64,000 bases of DNA, from the IMG/VR virus record IMGVR_UViG_2778261161_000002; one strand, given 5' to 3'. Position numbers and translations under genes: made by a program. Under the pieces are notes generated by a model. That model had not been told where the DNA came from. It saw only the letters and a program-made list of their open reading frames with translations, and did no database searches. This DNA comes from a virus. Taxonomy: Duplodnaviria; Heunggongvirae; Uroviricota; Caudoviricetes. Shown here in pieces: positions 57,880 to 64,000 of this stretch (position 1 is the first letter of the stretch; each line of letters starts with the position of its first letter).

Positions 57880-58041
57880 TAGTCATTTGATCCTCCGTGA
57901 TGATTACCGAATGCCATAACTATAGCGCACCGTTGCACTGTGCGCAAGTGCATTTTATGAATTCCCCCTCCTTCATCCAAAATCACAATCTCCCGAAAAT
58001 CTTCCTTTCGATACCTGACAGATCGACCTTTGAGGATGCTT

Positions 58042-58833
58042 ATGGGCCGTTTTGACGAATGGTTTGCTGACGATGTAAACCTGGCAAGTAAGGAGTCAGA
58101 ACATGACTGCACGCAGAGAGAAACGCCAGCGCCGATTGAAGCGAATGCAGGAGGCGCGCCGGAACATGGCAATACCAGTTCGGATTCATTCAGCATTCTG
58201 GAAGAGCAACCCGCCGCCAAAGCTGATAGCCATGATAATTTTGCTGATAGCAACGGTGGCCTTACTCCGGACGCTGGCGAATCAAATATAGCCACACTTC
58301 CACCTTCCCTGGCTGGCAGAGAACCGACTCCACAGCTAAAAGCACGCTATAACGGGCATAAAGCCTTTAACGACCAAATCCGCGCAGACTGGATGCTGAT
58401 TATTGAATCCAGCCCAGACGCGTTTCAGGCTCTCTTATATCGACCAGATGTTGGCACATATGGGGTAGTCAGCGACGAAACAGGAGAAGAGTCATTCACT
58501 GAACTGGATAACAACCAGCGCGAACTGACTTACCAGGAACCTGAAATCGTTTATGTGCTGGATAACCCGGACGGGCGTGACTCTCTCCATGCGATTGACG
58601 CAGACGGTGAGCAGGATGGCTTAACCGATGATGTTCTGATTCTGCGTATTGCAGCAAATAACGTCCCCGTCGGATCAATTCTTGAATGGAATGAAGAGAT
58701 GGTAAACGGCGTAGCCCGCCGCTGGTGGTACGTGCACCGTATTTTTAGCTACGGCACACAGCATGTTGGTTCGCTTTACTACTGCATACCGGCCAGGAAT
58801 TTTGATACGACTCAAAACGGAGTGATCGAATGA
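58042..58833 (+). CDS. putative tail/baseplate protein
   Basis: 263 aa from Met with GAGGA RBS; in cluster ending with spike gene. Confidence 0.4.
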   Translation: MGRFDEWFADDVNLASKESEHDCTQRETPAPIEANAGGAPEHGNTSSDSFSILEEQPAAKADSHDNFADSNGGLTPDAGESNIATLPPSLAGREPTPQLKARYNGHKAFNDQIRADWMLIIESSPDAFQALLYRPDVGTYGVVSDETGEESFTELDNNQRELTYQEPEIVYVLDNPDGRDSLHAIDADGEQDGLTDDVLILRIAANNVPVGSILEWNEEMVNGVARRWWYVHRIFSYGTQHVGSLYYCIPARNFDTTQNGVIE

Positions 58834-59597
58834 CTTCAAATAAAACCCTCCTGGCGCGAACAGGTGAATGGCAAACCTCACGCACAGGAAAATTCCAGAC
58901 CACGGGCTTTGAAAGCGTGGATAACGCGTTTGCTACGCTAATCAGCAATATCTTTTCTGATATCTTACTGGTGGCCCCCGCGCCGGAAGAAAAACGCTTT
59001 GCGTCATTCCTGAATCGTCCACCAGCAGAGCGTGTCTATGTGGCCCGTTTCGACAATGCGATCGAGTTTCTTAAAGCAGTTCGTCGCGCAAATGCCGGGC
59101 AAGGGAGAAAACCTGAAAACCAGAACATTAACCGGGATGCTCTCCCCCTGGTCAATATCTCACGCACTATGGATATCAATTATATCAACGATGATCAGCA
59201 GATTGACCGCAAAAAAGTAGCCAGTTTTTGCGAACCGGATACCGGAATGCCTTTAGCAGAACTGGAATACACCCAGGCCATTCTGACGTATGACGTTACG
59301 TTAATGGCAACTGATAAAGCGACCATGAGTCTGATGTGTAATTCGCTGGGCGCACGGCTTCGCCTGATGACAGGTACACAATTTGAAGCAACCACTCACC
59401 TTGTTCGTGTCCCGGTCCCGCTGATTTGCTCGATACAGGATGCCAAAGAAGTCGGATTTACGGATGTTTCGGCACCAATTGGAGAAGAGCGTATTTATGC
59501 CACACAAGCGCCGATAAGTGTGATTGCAGACGTGATCACAGCATGGGAGTTGGACGCAAAACGTATTATTACCGAAACCTCGATATCTATGGGGTGA
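58830..59597 (+). CDS. putative tail/baseplate protein
   Basis: 255 aa; overlapping start/stop. Confidence 0.4.
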   Translation: MTSNKTLLARTGEWQTSRTGKFQTTGFESVDNAFATLISNIFSDILLVAPAPEEKRFASFLNRPPAERVYVARFDNAIEFLKAVRRANAGQGRKPENQNINRDALPLVNISRTMDINYINDDQQIDRKKVASFCEPDTGMPLAELEYTQAILTYDVTLMATDKATMSLMCNSLGARLRLMTGTQFEATTHLVRVPVPLICSIQDAKEVGFTDVSAPIGEERIYATQAPISVIADVITAWELDAKRIITETSISMG

Positions 59598-59600
59598 TAA

Positions 59601-60581
59601 GTGGCCCAGGAGTTACAACAATATTTTCTACAGTCAGTGCTCATTAACGATAACAAAGTGCCACGAGACTGGATTTTTACCGCAGTATATGTAGAAAAAA
59701 CCAGCCTCAAAGCCCCTTTGCTAAAACTGGAAATTCATGACGCTACCGGCACCGTAATTGATGACTGGAAAGCCAAATACGGTGCATCGCTGGTGGCTGA
59801 AATGGGCGATCCAAACGGTAATGTAGGCACTTTTAAAACAGATTTCTTTGTTACGTCTGCAATGCTGGCTGGTGATGTTGTTACCGTTATTGCTGTCAGT
59901 GAAGACGTGCGCAGGTTTAAGATCCCCTCCCCGCGCACAAATTTACATACCAACAAAACACCAGACGCTATATTCAAGGCATATTCCGGCAAGCTTAAAA
60001 TTACCAGCAGCGTGCTAAAACGCGCAGTTACATATCATCTGAATGCTGGTGACAAACCGTCAAAAATGCTTTCGGAGATAGCGCGAGACAAAGGTGCATT
60101 GTGTTGGGTATGTCGGGGGGAATTTAACTTTTACACCCTGGCTGATCTGATGAAGCAAACGCCATCATTTACCTACGAGGGGAATAACCCTAAAGCAGAA
60201 TACACTTTGTCAAAAATGCGCCTACTCCAACAGGAACATGCGTCAACAGCAAAGAATCAATATCGTTTTGTTGGGTATTCCATGACCGATGGCTACGTCG
60301 AATATGGCGATAGCTCACTCCCAGTGCGTTATATATCCGACTCTGATATGGAAACTCTTCGCAATATGCAGCTGTCTCTCGTCCCCAAAATGGATATAGA
60401 AGTCGCAGGCAATCCTGATATAAAACCGGGGATGGTAATAGAGATTATCGTATACCGCTATGACCAGGAAAACCGCATTGATGAATCAATGCCCCGTAAG
60501 CTGATAGTAAAAAATGTTGCGCACTTTGAGGACCGCGTAGGCTACACAACACGAATGATATTGGGAGTGCCGAACAAATGA
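59601..60581 (+). CDS. putative baseplate hub protein
   Basis: 326 aa directly upstream of, and overlapping, the spike gene. Confidence 0.35.
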   Translation: MAQELQQYFLQSVLINDNKVPRDWIFTAVYVEKTSLKAPLLKLEIHDATGTVIDDWKAKYGASLVAEMGDPNGNVGTFKTDFFVTSAMLAGDVVTVIAVSEDVRRFKIPSPRTNLHTNKTPDAIFKAYSGKLKITSSVLKRAVTYHLNAGDKPSKMLSEIARDKGALCWVCRGEFNFYTLADLMKQTPSFTYEGNNPKAEYTLSKMRLLQQEHASTAKNQYRFVGYSMTDGYVEYGDSSLPVRYISDSDMETLRNMQLSLVPKMDIEVAGNPDIKPGMVIEIIVYRYDQENRIDESMPRKLIVKNVAHFEDRVGYTTRMILGVPNK

Positions 60582-61231
60582 AGCGTAGAGCGCAAATTGT
60601 TGGAACTGTGCACCCGGCAGGGCTTATGCGTGCTCAAGTCCGTGTTTTACCTGACTGGAATGGCGTTCCTGATGACGATCTACCCTGGGCGGAATACCAG
60701 TTACCCATCGGGAACGCTTTTGTACCTACAGTCAAAGGTGACCTGGTCTGGGTAGAGTTTCCTTATTTAGATGTTAACGGTCGAATAGACACCAGACGCC
60801 CAATGATAGTTGGTGCCGCTCAGGATGCACCGGGAGGAATTCCAAACGTTGCACCAGAAGCATCTGGCAAAGGCAACGGCTGGACGCCGCCGGAAGTAGA
60901 TGGAGCACCTCCCCGCCCCCAAATCTCAGCAACGAAAGACTTCGTTATTCACCGCAACAATATTCTTGAAGTACGAACTGCTGGTGGCGGCTATGAAATT
61001 GCCAATACGGCAGCTGGCTCAAGGATTGGCATGAATGAGTCCGGGCAGATATATATCATTGGTCCGGCTGATGTAATCGTGAATGCAGGAGGGAGTGTTA
61101 ACGTCAAATCAGCCAACAACATCAATGTTAATGGGGAAAATATAGCTGTCACCGCTAACGGGGACATAGCTTTCAAGGCAGGAGGAACCTTTCAGGCCAC
61201 TGCTGGCAACTTCGATTTCAAGAAAGGATAG
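60578..61231 (+). CDS. baseplate spike protein (gpV-like)
   Basis: 217 aa; N-terminal OB-fold pattern (GDLVWVEF) and Gly-rich beta-helical C-terminus. Confidence 0.55.
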   Translation: MKRRAQIVGTVHPAGLMRAQVRVLPDWNGVPDDDLPWAEYQLPIGNAFVPTVKGDLVWVEFPYLDVNGRIDTRRPMIVGAAQDAPGGIPNVAPEASGKGNGWTPPEVDGAPPRPQISATKDFVIHRNNILEVRTAGGGYEIANTAAGSRIGMNESGQIYIIGPADVIVNAGGSVNVKSANNINVNGENIAVTANGDIAFKAGGTFQATAGNFDFKKG

Positions 61232-61247
61232 AAAATGCACCCATTTA

Positions 61248-61282
61248 TGTTAGATAATTAACATGCATTTTCTAACATAAAT
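61248..61282. promoter_or_regulatory. TGTTAGATAATTAACA palindrome plus TTTTCTAACATAAAT (operator-like site N)
   Basis: motif family member immediately upstream of the rdgC homologue. Confidence 0.45.
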
Positions 61283-61290
61283 GGTGAGAC

Positions 61291-62196
61291 ATGAGATCAG
61301 TCGCTTTCAAAAATATCTTCATCTATCGTCTTTCACGCGAAGTTAACTGGGATACCGCAGAAGTAAATGCTGCCCTTAGCAAGTTTGTGTTTACCCCATG
61401 CGGTTCTCAGGATATTGCTAAAGCTGGTTGGACCCCCGTCCTTGGCGACAACCTCACCCATGAATACAAGGGTTTTCTTCTGATACAGCATAAACGAGAG
61501 GAAAAAATCCTACCTTCTCAAGTGCTCAAAGAAGAGCTACAGAAAAAAATCCTGAAACTTGAAGAAGAACAAGACAGAAAGCTGAAGAAGACCGAAAAAG
61601 ATTCGCTGAAGGATGAAGTGCTTCACTCTCTTCTTCCTCGTGCTTTCACGAGAAAATCAGTCGCTAAAATCCTGATAGACCGAAGCAATCATCTGGTTTT
61701 TGTCGAGGCGAGCAGTGCTAAAAAAGCAGAGGATCAGCTGGCTTTGTTACGGAAATCTCTTGGCAGCTTGCCCGTTGTCCCCTTCTCTCCGAAAGACCCA
61801 TTAGAACTGACCATCACTGGCTGGATTAAAAATGGCTTCCCGAACGGTTTCCGTGCCGGTGAGGAAGCGACCTTAAAAGCATTGCTTGATGATGGCGGCG
61901 CGGTCCGCTGCAAAAAAGTGGACCTGCTATCCGACGAGATCATGAGTCATATAGAAGCTGGTAAGGTTGCAACCACAGTTGCGGTTAACTGGCAAGACCG
62001 TGCATTTTTCAGACTGAATGACGATATGAGTATCAAGGCTTTGTCGTTCAGCGACGAATTGTACGACCAGAACGACGATATTGATCGAGGGGATGTTGCT
62101 CAACGATTTGACGCTGACTTTATCCTGTTTACTGCTGAATTATCAGCGATGTTCACTTCGCTGGTGGAGGCCGTTGGTGGTGAAGCAGAACGTTAA
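61291..62196 (+). CDS. hrdC: RdgC homologue (recombination-associated protein)
   Basis: 301 aa colinear with E. coli RdgC ([50 protein letters not shown]). Confidence 0.85.
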   Translation: MRSVAFKNIFIYRLSREVNWDTAEVNAALSKFVFTPCGSQDIAKAGWTPVLGDNLTHEYKGFLLIQHKREEKILPSQVLKEELQKKILKLEEEQDRKLKKTEKDSLKDEVLHSLLPRAFTRKSVAKILIDRSNHLVFVEASSAKKAEDQLALLRKSLGSLPVVPFSPKDPLELTITGWIKNGFPNGFRAGEEATLKALLDDGGAVRCKKVDLLSDEIMSHIEAGKVATTVAVNWQDRAFFRLNDDMSIKALSFSDELYDQNDDIDRGDVAQRFDADFILFTAELSAMFTSLVEAVGGEAER

Positions 62197-62209
62197 CAAT
62201 AGACCTCTT

Positions 62210-62860
62210 ATGGTGAGTCTTTGTGATTTCACGGGGAAAATGGTCGCCCCCTGGCTGGAGCATGGTATAGATGCTGTTATCGTCGATCCACAACACGCAA
62301 AGACCACAGATGAGCTGATGCAATCAGGCGCAGTTCTGACACGTATCAGTGCGATTATCGATAGTGATGAAGTTTATGCTTTTCTCCGAAATAATTTACA
62401 ACGTATTGTGTTTTTAGCTGGTTTTCCGCCGTGCACGGACCTTGCTGTTTCCGGTGCGCGCTGGTTTGCACATAAGGCTGACAAAGATCCGGTTTTCCAG
62501 TTCAAAGCGATGCAAGTCGTCTGGCAGTGTTACGACATTGCAAAGATGATTGGTTTCCCGTACATGATTGAAAACCCGGTCAGCCAAATATCGACATTCT
62601 GGCGTAAACCTGATCACATCTTCCATCCTTACCACTTCACTGCATATTGCAAGGAAGACAATTACACCAAAAAAACATGCCTCTGGAGCGGGCAGGGCTT
62701 TGTCATGCCTGATGCCCTAATGGACGAATCATTAGGCAAGCCAGATAACAGAATCCATACCGCGCCACCTGGGCCTGAAAGGGCTAATTTTCGAAGTGCT
62801 ACTCCGAATGGATTCGCAAAAGCAGTTTTCGAAGCAAATAAGGGGGTGCTCTATGAGTAA
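62210..62860 (+). CDS. compact C5-cytosine methyltransferase-like protein
   Basis: 216 aa; FPPC (motif IV-like) and IENP (motif VI-like); no separate target-recognition domain. Confidence 0.5.
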   Translation: MVSLCDFTGKMVAPWLEHGIDAVIVDPQHAKTTDELMQSGAVLTRISAIIDSDEVYAFLRNNLQRIVFLAGFPPCTDLAVSGARWFAHKADKDPVFQFKAMQVVWQCYDIAKMIGFPYMIENPVSQISTFWRKPDHIFHPYHFTAYCKEDNYTKKTCLWSGQGFVMPDALMDESLGKPDNRIHTAPPGPERANFRSATPNGFAKAVFEANKGVLYE

Positions 62861-63758
62861 ATCTCTAGTAAGCACAGCCATAGAAAGACATGATTCGATG
62901 GCGGAAATTAGCTATATGCGCACCATTCGGACTCCGGATGAATACGAGCGTCCGATCTTCAAATGGGTAGGCGGTAAATTTTCAGAGTTGCCTATAGTGC
63001 TTGAGCATCTACCACACGGTAAGCGGTTAATAGAACCATTCGTTGGTGGCGGTTCCGTATTTACGAATGCAGGATTTCGCCACAACCTGCTTAATGATAT
63101 TAACGGTGACTTGATTAACTTCTATCAGACATTGCAGCGAGAAAGACATTCTCTAGTCACGCTGTCATATAGTTTTTTCCAAAATTACAACAACGCTGAC
63201 GCTTACCTCGAAGTGCGTGAGGCATTTAACAGAGGAAAGTATGACCAACTACATCATGCTGCTGCCTTTTTGTACCTTAATCGGCACTGTTTTAATGGCG
63301 TAACACGGTACAACCAAAATGGCGAGTTCAACGTAGGGTATGGTAAATACAAAGCGCCCTACTTCCCACATGCAGAGATGGAGGCATTTTTGGCTGATGA
63401 CGTACTCAAAAACACTTCCTTTGTATCAGGTGACTTTGCTGGCGTCATCGAGGCGGCTGGTGAAGGCGATGTGATTTTTTGCGATCCGCCGTATGAACCG
63501 CTGCCGGATACAGAAGGGTTTACCAGTTATTCAGGAAATAGCTTCCGTTTCGACGAACAGAAACGGCTGGTATCTCTATTGGTGGAAGCCCACCAGCGCG
63601 GCGCTAAGGTAGTGATTACAAATAGTGGTGCGCCAAACATCCGTGAACTATATGAAGGAAACGGGTTTAAAGTACATCATATGGCAGCCAGACGGTCGGT
63701 TTCCTGCAAGGCGTCAACACGTGTAGTTGCTAACGATATAATTGCAATAATGAAGTAA
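62853..63758 (+). CDS. Dam-like N6-adenine DNA methyltransferase
   Basis: 301 aa; FKWVGGK, EPFVGGGS, DPPY motifs; start overlaps upstream stop (ATGAGTAA). Confidence 0.8.
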   Translation: MSKSLVSTAIERHDSMAEISYMRTIRTPDEYERPIFKWVGGKFSELPIVLEHLPHGKRLIEPFVGGGSVFTNAGFRHNLLNDINGDLINFYQTLQRERHSLVTLSYSFFQNYNNADAYLEVREAFNRGKYDQLHHAAAFLYLNRHCFNGVTRYNQNGEFNVGYGKYKAPYFPHAEMEAFLADDVLKNTSFVSGDFAGVIEAAGEGDVIFCDPPYEPLPDTEGFTSYSGNSFRFDEQKRLVSLLVEAHQRGAKVVITNSGAPNIRELYEGNGFKVHHMAARRSVSCKASTRVVANDIIAIMK

Positions 63759-63761
63759 AAA

Positions 63762-63787
63762 ACGCCGCAGTAGCGGCGTTTACTTTT
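63762..63787. terminator. bidirectional intrinsic terminator between convergent genes
   Basis: ACGCCGC-AGTA-GCGGCGT with A-run before and T-run after. Confidence 0.7.
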
Positions 63788-63806
63788 TCATGTGGCGAAA
63801 TACCTA

Positions 63807-64000
63807 TTAACCTAACTTCGCCCAGGTATCACGCAGCCCAACGGTGCGGTTAAATACCGGTTTTTCCGCCGTAGAATGGCGGCTGTCGAGGCAGAAATAA
63901 CCTTCACGCTCAAACTGGAATGCTTTACCCGCTACCGCTTCTTTCAGCGACGGTTCAGCAAAGCCTTGTTTGATCACCAGCGATTCCGGGTTAATCACCG
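63807..64000 (-). CDS. glnS: glutaminyl-tRNA synthetase, 3-prime end (partial, continues beyond window)
   Basis: minus-strand translation [18 protein letters not shown]...[35 protein letters not shown] matches E. coli GlnRS C-terminus as recalled. Confidence 0.8.
   Translation of the reverse strand, partial: VINPESLVIKQGFAEPSLKEAVAGKAFQFEREGYFCLDSRHSTAEKPVFNRTVGLRDTWAKLG

Noticed and set aside
57879-58295. 138-aa minus-strand ORF
   Set aside because: Overlaps the higB promoter region and the first tail gene; lacks an RBS and is low-complexity.
8676-61282. Reading the TTTCTAACA motif as Lpa-dependent late promoters only
   Set aside because: Most copies precede early-type genes (ant, ref, lpa itself, hrdC) rather than structural operons, so a repressor-operator role is favoured; the late-promoter option is not excluded.
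1-64000. Possible CRISPR array
   Set aside because: The recurring TTTCTAACA/TGTTAGAAA elements are dispersed, irregularly spaced and differently oriented; no regular repeat-spacer array or cas genes are present.
1-64000. Plasmid maintenance genes (repA/parA/parB), integrase or IS transposase
   Set aside because: No Walker-A ParA, iteron array, tyrosine/serine integrase other than Cin and Dre, or transposase-like ORF was recognised; they may lie outside the window.

Overview
Almost the whole 64-kb window is a P1-family temperate phage / phage-plasmid segment, most like phage D6, ending at the right edge in the 3-prime end of host glnS. Calls rest on motifs and remembered homologues; no searches were run. 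Left to right: Cin invertase with a cix-like site; LydA/LydB-like lysis genes and a dar-like virion-protein operon; putative portal and protease; a RepL-like gene; an immI-type module (c4-like antisense RNA, icd, Rha-type antirepressor); a 2278-aa DarB-like methyltransferase-helicase; a tRNA island (Arg-UCU, Thr-UGU, Ser-UGA, Ile-CAU) behind about 1.3 kb of hairpin-dense non-coding DNA; Lpa-PacA-PacB; a rox site plus Dre recombinase; an early operon with dUTPase, a DUF2829 (Tad2-like) protein and a truncated terminase-ATPase paralogue; Doc-Phd and HumD with a LexA box; a long leftward operon of lambdoid-type accessory genes; Ref; a second immI-type module; AT-rich morons; tail/baseplate genes split by an AT-rich island (higBA plus an HTH + two-TM membrane gene pair); an RdgC homologue and two DNA methyltransferases. 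A TTTCTAACA / TGTTAGAAA motif recurs at 14 or more loci, mostly ahead of early-type genes. The best candidate for an undescribed system is the HTH + AT-rich membrane protein pair at 55961-57111; the degenerate terminase paralogue and the three DUF2829 proteins come next. No CRISPR array, integrase or IS element was seen.
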